Source: Chloroflexota bacterium
GTDB taxonomy: Bacteria > Chloroflexota > Dehalococcoidia > Lucifugimonadales > UBA3495
Direction: 5' to 3'
NCBI GenBank assembly: GCA_028874075.1
Contig: JAPPLU010000060.1
Coordinates: 279,281-343,280, forward strand
Length of the DNA: 64,000 bases
Of the stretch, positions 1 through 8,092 are shown in pieces. Every line of letters starts with the position of its first letter. Position 1 is the stretch's first letter. Under the pieces are notes generated by a model that did not search any database, was not told the origin of the DNA, and saw nothing but the letters and a program-made list of their open reading frames with translations. A program made the position numbers and the translations under genes.

Positions 1-862
1 ATTGGCGAAACAGCACGGCGGCCGCTAACTTTTCTTCTGCCTGTGGGTCGAAACTGACCAGCCGCACCGAAACTGTCGACGTTGTTTGAACGTCAGGGAC
101 TGGCAAACCAAGCTGCCAATCCCGTTGAAGCGCACTTTCCAGGAAATCGCTGCGGTCAGCATACTTTATTAGCGTCGGAGTAATGCGGCGTCCTTGTTCC
201 CTAATTTTCTGACCCAACGTACGCTCTTCGGCCAGGCCTGATGACATCAGCTTGGAAATCGCGTGCTCCAATACCCGGGCGTTTGCCGTCACCCCTACGT
301 TGGTCAAGGTAGATGCCGGAAGAATCGCACGGCAGGCATCGGTGGCCAGACGGCGCAATCTCAGGTTATAAGCTCCATCCCTCTCCCCCTCCCGCTGTGG
401 CCGCGTCCTCCACAGGTATTCCATGCAGCCGTCCAGCATTCGGTGATAGGCGGAAAACAGGTCGTGGCAAGTAGATAGGTAGACAGCCTTCGCGTGTGTC
501 TTGCCCGCCAGTTCCTCGGGGACATGAAAGTAGTCCGGCGGCATGACCTGGTATCGGGAGGATTTCTCCGTGTAGGAAGCTAGGCGGTTATCTTCCAGGG
601 AATCGCACGCAAGGCGGGAGATGTTCTCCACAGCCAGATGCACCACCGCGTGTTCCGCTACCGAAGCGTGGCCGTAGCCTAGCACCCAGCGCTCATGAAA
701 GTCGGCGGCCTTTTCCTCGCTAACCTGCTGGGCGATTTCGTCGAAAGGTTCCGGTCGCCTGGAGGTCATGGCAAAAGCAACCGCAATCTCCTCTTCGGTT
801 AGCTTATGGGCGTCCATGGGGTACACCCTGGGAGAATAGTCGGCTGCCTGGGGGACGGTCAT
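1..862 (-). CDS. ThyX-like (FAD-dependent thymidylate synthase family) protein, N-terminal 287 codons; the 3' end lies beyond the window
   Basis: The minus-strand frame is open from ATG 862 (alternative in-frame ATG 817) to base 2 with no stop, so it is absent from the ORF track. My translation ...HERWVLGYGHASVAEHAVVHLAVENISRLACDSLEDNRLASYTEKSSRYQ... matches the ThyX core (GHxSVxEH, SR, SxRY), but the canonical RHR reads DNR. Confidence 0.6.
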   Translation of the reverse strand, partial: MTVPQAADYSPRVYPMDAHKLTEEEIAVAFAMTSRRPEPFDEIAQQVSEEKAADFHERWVLGYGHASVAEHAVVHLAVENISRLACDSLEDNRLASYTEKSSRYQVMPPDYFHVPEELAGKTHAKAVYLSTCHDLFSAYHRMLDGCMEYLWRTRPQREGERDGAYNLRLRRLATDACRAILPASTLTNVGVTANARVLEHAISKLMSSGLAEERTLGQKIREQGRRITPTLIKYADRSDFLESALQRDWQLGLPVPDVQTTSTVSVRLVSFDPQAEEKLAAAVLFRQ

Positions 863-961
863 CAGGTCAGGTTCCTCATATAGCTGCGAGCAGCAGTAAA
901 CCCAAGTGGGGACTATTGATAGCGGCCCAGAAATTAATCGATCGGGAAGGGACCCTGCCCG

Positions 962-2383
962 TTAAATCAGCAGGCTGATCGGTTTCTCCAACAGACCCTT
1001 CACTTCGACCAGGAAGCGGGCTGCCTCCGCTCCATCGGATACTCGGTGATCGGTGGAGAGGGTTGCCTTCATGATTTGGCCCACCGCCAGTTGACCATCG
1101 CGGATCACGGGCTGCTCCTTAACTGTGCCCACGGCTAATACAGCCGCATGGGGTGGGAAAATGATGGCGGCAAAACTATCCACGTCAAACATGCCCAAAT
1201 TGCTGATGCTGAAGGTGGTGTCGCTATATTCTTCGTTTCGCAAGGAACCGCTGTTTGCCCTCTCGATCAAGTCCTTGCTGGCGGCGGCAATATCGGCCAG
1301 GGACTTATTGCCGCAGTCGCTGATACCGGGCACTATCAGACCGGACTCCAGGGAAATGGCGATACCGATGTTGATGGAGTTATTGAATTGGAGGTGGTCT
1401 TCCTGGAAGAAGGCATTAAACTTGGGGTGCCTGCCCAACGCGATGGCGCAGGCCCGCACAACCAGATCATTGACACTTATCCTACGTTCCGGGATCAAAG
1501 TGTCGTTAACCTCCCGGCGTAATTCCATCGCCTTACCCATGTCAATGTCTGCGGTGACGTAGAAATGAGGCGCCTGCCGCTTGCTGTCGACCGTGACCCG
1601 GGCAATAGCCTGGCGCATCCGGGAAAGCTCCATTCGATCAGCGCCGGCAATGGCCGGAGCTTCGGTCGGTGGTACATCAACGGATTCCGACGCAGCCTCG
1701 GCAACGGCAGTGGGAGCTACCTGGCTGGCAGGGACTTCGACCTCTCCAGCATCCACCGCGAACGACAGGACGTCCTGTTCGATTATCCTGCCTTCGGGGC
1801 CGGTCCCACTAACCTGTCCCAACTCGATTCCGCGCTCCCGGGCCAGTCTCCTTGCCAAGGGCGATGCCTTGACCCAACCAATAGACCGGTTACCATCTCC
1901 CGATGGTACGTACTCCAGTACGTCTTTCTCGACGATTCTGCCACCTGGCCCGCTTCCCACAATCAGGCCAAGCTCAATCCCCCTCTCCCTGGCCAACCGG
2001 CGGGCTATGGGGGAAGCTCGCACTTCTCCGTCCTGCCTCGCCTGAGAGGCTGAAGCGGCCTGGACAGCTCCGGAGTCCGCTTCAGAGGAGGTAGATTCTT
2101 GGGGCGCTGCAGGCCTATCCGCTGGTGCTTCCCCCAGGGCCTCACCGGGCTCGGCGATGATTGCTATGGCGTCGCCCACAGCCACGGGAATACCTTCCTG
2201 GGCCACCCGGCGGTGAAGGACGCCGCCCGTAAAAGCCTCGAATTCTACAGTGGCCTTATCAGTTTCGATATCGGCAATAACCTCGCCCCTGGCCACATCT
2301 TCGCCTTCCTGCTTGTACCAGCGTACTACCGTGCCTTCCCGCATGTCGTAGCCCATCTTGGGCATAACAATGGTGGTTGCCAA
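962..2383 (-). CDS. Dihydrolipoamide acyltransferase (E2) of a 2-oxoacid dehydrogenase complex
   Basis: 473-aa ORF with an N-terminal lipoyl domain (IETDKATVEFEA), two tandem E3-binding repeats (ASPxARRLARERGIELG) and a C-terminal catalytic domain with the DHRVSDG motif. Confidence 0.9.
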   Translation of the reverse strand: MATTIVMPKMGYDMREGTVVRWYKQEGEDVARGEVIADIETDKATVEFEAFTGGVLHRRVAQEGIPVAVGDAIAIIAEPGEALGEAPADRPAAPQESTSSEADSGAVQAASASQARQDGEVRASPIARRLARERGIELGLIVGSGPGGRIVEKDVLEYVPSGDGNRSIGWVKASPLARRLARERGIELGQVSGTGPEGRIIEQDVLSFAVDAGEVEVPASQVAPTAVAEAASESVDVPPTEAPAIAGADRMELSRMRQAIARVTVDSKRQAPHFYVTADIDMGKAMELRREVNDTLIPERRISVNDLVVRACAIALGRHPKFNAFFQEDHLQFNNSINIGIAISLESGLIVPGISDCGNKSLADIAAASKDLIERANSGSLRNEEYSDTTFSISNLGMFDVDSFAAIIFPPHAAVLAVGTVKEQPVIRDGQLAVGQIMKATLSTDHRVSDGAEAARFLVEVKGLLEKPISLLI

Positions 2384-2421
2384 ATCAGCCTCCTGATTAA
2401 TCCTGACCGCGGAACGGGCCG

Positions 2422-3807
2422 CTACATGTGGACTGCGCGGCCTTCGGCGTCCAATGCCGCCTCTTTGATTATCTCAGAAATCGTGGGATGTGCATGCACC
2501 AGCCAACCCAATTCCAGGGTGGTGCCTTCCAACAGGCGGGTGAGGGCTAGTTCCCCCAACAGTTCGGTGACTTCGGGGCCCACCATGTGTGCGCCCAGTA
2601 TTTCACCATACCGGGAGTCGACTACCAGTTTGATCATGCCGTCAGTCTCGCCCATTCCTAGGGCTTTGCCGTTGGCTTGTAGGTTGAACTTGCCGATCTT
2701 CACGTCGTGGCCTGCCTCGATAGCCTGGGATTCGGTCAGGCCGAAACTGGCAATCTGGGGCTGGCAGTATGTAGCACGGGGCATCATCGTGTAATCCAGG
2801 GGTTGCGGCTCCAGGCCGGCGATGGCCTCCGCTGCTACCGTGGCCTGGGCTGACGCCACGTGGGCCAGGGCCAGCTTTCCCGTCACATCCCCAATTGCGT
2901 AGACACCAGGAGTATTGGTCGACATGGTGTCACCCACCTGGACAAAACCGCCTTCGGTGGCAACCCCCAGCGACTCCAGACCCAGGCCCTCGCTGTTGGG
3001 CCGAACTCCAATAGCTACCAAGACCTTGTTGCAGGCTATTACCTGCTCGTTCCCTTCTTTGGATACGGTGACTTGAAGAGCGCCACCGTCGTCGGCCACT
3101 CCGGTAACGCCCGTCGAGGTAATTATGTTAACTCCATGTCTTCCAAAGGATCTCTCCACCTGCCGGCTGATCTCCTGGTCCTCATTGGGAGCCAGACGGG
3201 GCAACAATTCCACAATGGTGACTTCTACGCCGTACATCCGGTACAGGTAAGCGAACTCAAGACCGATTGCGCCACCGCCTACTATGACGATGGACTCCGG
3301 CAGGTTGCCCAGTACAATGGCCTCTTTGCTGGTAATTACTTTATCCCCGTCAATCGGCAGGGCAGGTATGGAACGGGGCCTGGCTCCGGTGGCAACAATT
3401 ATGTTCTTCGCCTGGAGCCGCTGGCCTTCGGGAGAGACTTCCACGACACCATTTCCGCGCAGGGTGGCCTCCCCTCGAATATGGTCTACCTCGTTCTTAC
3501 GGAGGAGGTAAGAAACGCCTCGTACATTCCGGTCCACCACTTTTCGGCTGCGTTCAATGGCCACAGAGTAATCTGCGGAGAAATTGTCGAACTTGAGCCC
3601 AAACTCTTCAGCCCGCTTGAAAATGGAGATCACCTCCGCATTTCTGAGAAGGGCTTTGCTGGGGATACAACCCCAATTTAGGCAGACTCCGCCCAGTTCC
3701 TCCCTCTCCACTATTGCGCACTTTAAGCCCAGTTGGGCAGCCCTGATAGCGGCTACATAGCCGCCAGGGCCCGCGCCGATTACCACCAGATCGTATTCCC
3801 CGTCCAT
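2422..3807 (-). CDS. lpdA: Dihydrolipoyl dehydrogenase (E3)
   Basis: ORF 2422..3855 has the FAD motif DLVVIGAGPGGY, the redox disulfide GGVCLNWGCIPSK and a C-terminal HAHPTISE. I placed the start at ATG 3807, which has AGGTGG upstream, because a good promoter lies inside the longer ORF. The alternative start is 3855. Confidence 0.9.
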   Translation of the reverse strand: MDGEYDLVVIGAGPGGYVAAIRAAQLGLKCAIVEREELGGVCLNWGCIPSKALLRNAEVISIFKRAEEFGLKFDNFSADYSVAIERSRKVVDRNVRGVSYLLRKNEVDHIRGEATLRGNGVVEVSPEGQRLQAKNIIVATGARPRSIPALPIDGDKVITSKEAIVLGNLPESIVIVGGGAIGLEFAYLYRMYGVEVTIVELLPRLAPNEDQEISRQVERSFGRHGVNIITSTGVTGVADDGGALQVTVSKEGNEQVIACNKVLVAIGVRPNSEGLGLESLGVATEGGFVQVGDTMSTNTPGVYAIGDVTGKLALAHVASAQATVAAEAIAGLEPQPLDYTMMPRATYCQPQIASFGLTESQAIEAGHDVKIGKFNLQANGKALGMGETDGMIKLVVDSRYGEILGAHMVGPEVTELLGELALTRLLEGTTLELGWLVHAHPTISEIIKEAALDAEGRAVHM

Positions 3808-3837
3808 CACCACCTGCGCAGGTAAAAGAGTGGCCCG

Positions 3838-3866
3838 ATTATACCCAGCGTGCATCTGTCTAACAA
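3838..3866 (-). promoter_or_regulatory. Sigma70-like promoter candidate for lpdA-E2
   Basis: On the minus strand, TTGTTA (3866..3861), a 17-nt spacer and TATAAT (3843..3838) lie about 30 nt upstream of ATG 3807. Confidence 0.45.
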
Positions 3867-3978
3867 GATTTCGCCCCCTGGTTACCGATATCAGGCATCT
3901 TACAATCGGGCTTTCAACTGTAAAATAACTTTCGGACGTGTTACGATAGCCAGAGTAATTCAGCTTTCAGGGGGAGAA

Positions 3979-4185
3979 ATGGGATTCGGGCCTATCGGAT
4001 TGCCCCAGATTTTAATTATTCTGTTGATCGTGTTGCTGATTTTCGGCGCAAAACGGTTGCCCGAGATTGGTTCCTCGCTGGGCAAAGGAATCAGGAGTTT
4101 CAAGAGTTCCGTGACAGGTGAGGAAGAGCCGAAGCCTACAACCGTTAATAGCGAAACTCCAGATTCCGAGGAAGGCAAGAAGTAA
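3979..4185 (+). CDS. tatA: Twin-arginine translocase subunit TatA/E
   Basis: This is the internal ATG of ORF 3850..4185, preceded by GGGGGAG. The product [42 protein letters not shown] is a typical TatA N-terminus (TM helix plus amphipathic helix). Confidence 0.85.
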   Translation: MGFGPIGLPQILIILLIVLLIFGAKRLPEIGSSLGKGIRSFKSSVTGEEEPKPTTVNSETPDSEEGKK

Positions 4186-4213
4186 GTCCTTCAATGATGG
4201 ACCGGCTATTTTT

Positions 4214-4238
4214 AGGACGGCGCCAAGCCGTCCTTTTT
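4214..4238. terminator. Bidirectional rho-independent terminator between convergent tatA and tatC
   Basis: The hairpin AGGACGGC-GCCAA-GCCGTCCT (8 bp) is followed by TTTTT and preceded by a T/A-rich run. Confidence 0.6.
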
Positions 4239-5008
4239 CATTGCCCTTCCGGCAGGGATGTCATTTCCTTCCGGGCACGCTGTCGAGTCCGCCCTGCCAG
4301 CCAGGCCAGCAATATGCCTACTTCGTACAGGGCCAGCAGCGGGGCTGCCACCAGGGTCTGATTAAGGGGATCAAAGGTTGGCGTGATGATGGCGCCCAGG
4401 ATGAAAGCAATTACGACCCAGTATTTTCTGAACCTTGAGAACATCCTCGCGCTGACAATGCCCAATTGCCCCAGCAGGTACATGATCACAGGCGTTTCGA
4501 AGGACAGCCCCATCCAGAAGTGCAGGCGCAGCATTACGTCCACATAGTTGCTTATCCTGATCAAGGGATCGGCTGCGCCGCCTCCGAAGGTTAACAGGAA
4601 CGGCAGGGCGCGTGGCGTAAGCACGAAGTAAGCGAATGCCAGTCCGCAGCAGAAGGCCAGCAGGGCGCCTGGCATAAAGAGTAATAGGTACCGGCGTTCG
4701 GATACTGTCAAACCCGGCGCCACGAACCGCATTACCTGGTAAAGAATCACAGGCAATGCCAGTACAAATCCGCCGACCAGGGACACCTTCACGCTGGTGG
4801 AGAGCAACTCGGTGACCTGGGTGGCTATGAGATTAACGCCCTGACCTTCGTTGACCTCCTGAGCCGGACGCTTCAGCAATTCCACAACGTCCGTCCAGAA
4901 CAAGAACGCCACCATCGCGCCGATTATGAGGGCGATTACACAAATGAAGATTCGACGCCGTAGTTCGCTGAGGTGTTCAATGAGCGTCAGTTCACGACTG
5001 CTGCTCAT
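4238..5008 (-). CDS. tatC: Twin-arginine translocase subunit TatC
   Basis: ORF 4238..5113. The start is moved to the internal ATG giving MSSSRELTLIEHLSELRRRIF..., a typical TatC N-terminus followed by about 6 hydrophobic helices. The longer Pro-rich extension would overlap the upstream TatA/B gene by about 120 nt. Confidence 0.85.
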   Translation of the reverse strand: MSSSRELTLIEHLSELRRRIFICVIALIIGAMVAFLFWTDVVELLKRPAQEVNEGQGVNLIATQVTELLSTSVKVSLVGGFVLALPVILYQVMRFVAPGLTVSERRYLLLFMPGALLAFCCGLAFAYFVLTPRALPFLLTFGGGAADPLIRISNYVDVMLRLHFWMGLSFETPVIMYLLGQLGIVSARMFSRFRKYWVVIAFILGAIITPTFDPLNQTLVAAPLLALYEVGILLAWLAGRTRQRARKEMTSLPEGQ

Positions 5009-5276
5009 TTCCTTCTCCGGTTCCGTTTGTTGGGACTGCTCCGGTGGGGGGTGGAGCGGGGGACGAGGATGTAGGTTCGTTGGATGGTGGAGACGCCGGT
5101 CGCCGCTGCTCATTCAAATCAATGGCTGCAGTCAGTTCGTTGACACTGCGCTTGACATCCGCTATCAACTTGCCCGCAGTCTTGGCCATTTCTATGGCCT
5201 TAGCCGGCCCCATCACCAGAAATGCGATGAGGAAGATTACAGTCAGTTCCAGCATCCCCACGCCAAAGAGGCTCAT
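4992..5276 (-). CDS. TatA/TatB-family translocase subunit (second copy)
   Basis: This is the internal ATG of ORF 4992..5321. The product MSLFGVGMLELTVIFLIAFLVMGPAKAIEMAKTAGKLIADVKRSV has a Pro/Ser-rich tail. Its ATG overlaps the stop of the upstream gene as ATGA. Confidence 0.75.
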   Translation of the reverse strand: MSLFGVGMLELTVIFLIAFLVMGPAKAIEMAKTAGKLIADVKRSVNELTAAIDLNEQRRPASPPSNEPTSSSPAPPPTGAVPTNGTGEGNEQQS

Positions 5277-7117
5277 CCTGCAACCTCGCTGTGGTCTCTG
5301 AATGGGCAGAACCCCAAACACTGGCTACCTACCGGCGTGAAAAGATCGGCTTGGGGCTCGTACCCCAACTCCTGCAACATTTCCAGCATCCGGCAAAGGG
5401 GCAGGCCCACCACATTGGTGTAGCACCCTCCCTGAAGCGTTGCCGGTCGAAAAACTGTGTCTTGCACCGCATAGGCCCCGGCCTTGTCCATTGGCGTGCC
5501 AGACGCGATCGAAGCTTCCATTTCTTCATCCGTAAAATTGCGCATTACGATCTCGGCGGTCATGTGGTCCGTCAAGCGTTGGCCAGTCGAAACGTTCACC
5601 ACGGTCAGACCTGTGATGACCTGGTGCTCGGTTCCCCTCAATTCCCGCAGCATTCGCCGGGCATCATCTTCGTCATCGGGCTTGCCAATGGATCGTCCTT
5701 CCAGCACTACCGTGCTGTCGGCCCCGATGACAAACCCATCGGTCAAGCCCACTGCAACCGTCAAAGCCTTGTCCCGGGATAACCGACGTACCATGTCTTC
5801 GGCGGTCTCGCCATCCAGCGGTTCTTCGGGGGCGTTGGAAGGCTGCACTACGAAGTCGAGGCCCAGTTCAGTCAGCAACTCCCGACGACGGGGTGAGCCA
5901 GAAGCGAGTACCAGGGGCCCTGGTGTTGGTTTCAGGTTCAGCACGGCTACACATTCCACGTGGTGGGTCTGGGGAAACATATCCAGCGGTTGTATTTGGT
6001 CTACCTGGTAATGCTTTTCACACAGAACTTTCAAGTCCCTGGCCAGGGTTTCCGGGTCGCAAGAAACGTAAACCAGGCGGGGCGACCGCAGAGATAGTAG
6101 CTGATCCAGGGCCGATGGCTGGCATCCCGCCCTAGGGGGATCAAGGATGACAACGTCCGGAGGCAGGGGAAGGTCTACCAGGATATCCTCGGTTTTCCCC
6201 AGCAGGAACTCCACGTTCTCGAGCCCCGCTGCATTTTCTTTAGCGTCTTCCACGGCCGCCGATGATTCCTCGATGGCGTACACCCGCTTGACAAAGGGGG
6301 CCAAGAGCACCGCGAAGGTCCCTACGCCGGTGTAGGCGTCCAGCAAGACTTCTGTTCCTGACAGGTTTACCGCCCCTCGAACTACTACGATCAATTGGGA
6401 AGTCTGGTCGATATTGACTTGAAAAAACGACGGAGATGCCACGCGGAACTGCCGGTCATCTACAGATTCAAGGTAGTGCTTTTGTCCGGTGGGGATGACA
6501 ACACTCGGGTCTTTCAGAAGGGGCTGAACCAGAAAGTCCCCTGTATCCCGGCCTGCGCGCACCGCAAGTTGGGTAGTCTCTCCGCATCCGTCCTGCAGGT
6601 CAACCAGTATGCGGTTGATCCCATCGTGCATTAGCATACATCGTTCAATGCGAACAAAGCGGCGGGTTTCCCGGTTTACGAAACCCAGATCGCCGGCCCT
6701 GCCCACCGTAAACCTGGCGTGGTTGCGGTAACCATACTGGGAGGGAGAAGGCAGGGTATCCAGGACCCTTGTACCGTTTAGGCCTCCCACGCGCTGGAGA
6801 GCGTCTACCACTTTGTGGCGTTTATTCTTCAGTTGTGCCTGGTATTCCAGGTGTTGCCACTGGCATCCGGTGCACTCACCGTAATACCGGCAAGGCGGAT
6901 CCACCCGGTCTGGTGAAGGGGACAGAACTTTGACTACCCGGGCTGCCACGTACTTACGCCTGATCCTCACCACTTCCGCTACCACACTCTCGCCGGGGAT
7001 TCCTCCAAGAACGAAAACGTCCTGCCCCTCGTGGCAGGCCATAGCTTCGCCCAGCCGACCCCAAGACAACAGGTCTACCTGGATTTCCTGGCCTATGCTG
7101 AGTTTCTGCTGAACCAA
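5273..7117 (-). CDS. Fusion protein: RlmD/RumA-type 23S rRNA (uracil-5)-methyltransferase (TRAM + Fe-S + SAM MTase) with a C-terminal Maf nucleotide pyrophosphatase domain
   Basis: A single 614-aa ORF. The N-terminal part has a TRAM-like segment, the Cys cluster CRYYGECTGC, VILDPPRAGC and LVYVSCDPETLARD (RumA family). The C-terminal part, LVLASGSPRRRELLTELGL...GADSTVV...DKAGAYAVQ, is a full Maf domain. Confidence 0.85.
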   Translation of the reverse strand: MVQQKLSIGQEIQVDLLSWGRLGEAMACHEGQDVFVLGGIPGESVVAEVVRIRRKYVAARVVKVLSPSPDRVDPPCRYYGECTGCQWQHLEYQAQLKNKRHKVVDALQRVGGLNGTRVLDTLPSPSQYGYRNHARFTVGRAGDLGFVNRETRRFVRIERCMLMHDGINRILVDLQDGCGETTQLAVRAGRDTGDFLVQPLLKDPSVVIPTGQKHYLESVDDRQFRVASPSFFQVNIDQTSQLIVVVRGAVNLSGTEVLLDAYTGVGTFAVLLAPFVKRVYAIEESSAAVEDAKENAAGLENVEFLLGKTEDILVDLPLPPDVVILDPPRAGCQPSALDQLLSLRSPRLVYVSCDPETLARDLKVLCEKHYQVDQIQPLDMFPQTHHVECVAVLNLKPTPGPLVLASGSPRRRELLTELGLDFVVQPSNAPEEPLDGETAEDMVRRLSRDKALTVAVGLTDGFVIGADSTVVLEGRSIGKPDDEDDARRMLRELRGTEHQVITGLTVVNVSTGQRLTDHMTAEIVMRNFTDEEMEASIASGTPMDKAGAYAVQDTVFRPATLQGGCYTNVVGLPLCRMLEMLQELGYEPQADLFTPVGSQCLGFCPFRDHSEVAG

Positions 7118-7385
7118 CTGATCACCTGTTCACACTATAAACCAAGGTGCCGCCTTTATCCAAGAAGAAAGATGTCGTAAGGGAGTCCCGCAACCCTTCT
7201 TGACAAGCGTACCCTCAGCTGGAGAGCCTGATTACAGGCGGGCTGATTCAGGTTGACCTGAATGGACGGCAAAAGCTAAACTGGAAGAAATCCATCCGTG
7301 AAGCCTTGATGGCGCATTCTTTGTCGGGGCAAGTGGAAGGATTGCAGCAACTAATTGGGGAACCAAGATTTCCCCGGAGGAACGA

Positions 7386-7715
7386 ATGCCGGAACCTTTG
7401 GACGTTAACGAAAACACCTGGGTGGATCAAGTTGAGGGGTCTGAAATACCCGTATTGGTAGATTTTTGGGCCGAATGGTGTGGCCCTTGCAAGATGATTG
7501 CTCCTGCAGTCCACGACCTGGCCCTGGAGTATGACGGAAGGCTCAATGTGGCCAAGCTGGACGTGGACAACAACCCAAACATTGCAATGAAGTACGGCGT
7601 CCGCAGTATTCCGGCGCTGATATTCTTCAAGGACGGACAACCAGTCGATCAGGTAGTAGGCGCCGTTCCCAAGGGCGCATTGAAACGGAAGATTGATTCC
7701 GTATTGGAAAGTTAG
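7386..7715 (+). CDS. trxA: Thioredoxin
   Basis: 109 aa with the WAEWCGPCK active site. GGAGGA lies upstream of the ATG. Confidence 0.95.
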   Translation: MPEPLDVNENTWVDQVEGSEIPVLVDFWAEWCGPCKMIAPAVHDLALEYDGRLNVAKLDVDNNPNIAMKYGVRSIPALIFFKDGQPVDQVVGAVPKGALKRKIDSVLES

Positions 7716-7750
7716 CGACCTCCTCCTCTCCCAATAGGGAAGGGTATCAG

Positions 7751-7847
7751 GGGAGTGGAAGGGGCCCGGTGGCTCTTGCGGACTTCAAATCCGTTGTGCC
7801 TCGTGAAGAGCGGGGTAGGTGGGTTCGACTCCCTCGCACTCCCGCCA
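7751..7847 (+). tRNA. selC: tRNA-Sec (anticodon UCA)
   Basis: 97 nt. The acceptor GGGAGTG pairs with CACTCCC, followed by discriminator G and an encoded CCA. The anticodon arm is GCGGA-CTTCAAA-TCCGT, with TCA centred in a 7-nt loop. There is a long variable arm and a GGGTTCGACTCCC T-loop region. The T-stem pairing is imperfect in my manual fold. Confidence 0.85.
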
Positions 7848-7876
7848 CCTTTCCTCGCAGGTCTTTGTCAATTGTC

Positions 7877-7911
7877 AAGCCCGGTCAATCGTTGGTCGGG
7901 CTTTATTTTTT
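7877..7911 (+). terminator. Rho-independent terminator after tRNA-Sec
   Basis: AAGCCCGGTC / GGTCGGGCTT form a ~10-bp stem (two G-U pairs) with a 7-nt loop, followed by TATTTTTT. Confidence 0.65.
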
Positions 7912-8092
7912 GACAGTTGCCATGTCGGTCCGACACAGGATTGGACGGAAGGTCTTTCCCCCACTGGCCGCCTTGCTTGTCCGGGGTTATCTGGTCTGTT
8001 ACTCTACCCGTGCGTTCTCTGAAGAACGCCGGCCTGACCCAGGAACCGTCCCCTAAAGAACTGAGAGTTCCCTGTAATATTCGAGGATTGCA

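Noticed and set aside
263-478. A 71-aa plus-strand ORF near the window start.
   Set aside because: It is antisense to the open ThyX-like frame, which shows clear family motifs.
4238-5113. Long N-terminal extensions of track ORFs: TatC from 5113, TatA/B from 5321, TatA from 3850, SpeD from 21630, SIMPL from 43303, dcd from 44636, ACAD from 39519, YyaL-like from 52602 and the GatC-like gene from 60235.
   Set aside because: The extensions overlap upstream genes or terminators, lack Shine-Dalgarno sequences, are Pro/Arg-rich or otherwise non-homologous, and internal starts give canonical family N-termini.
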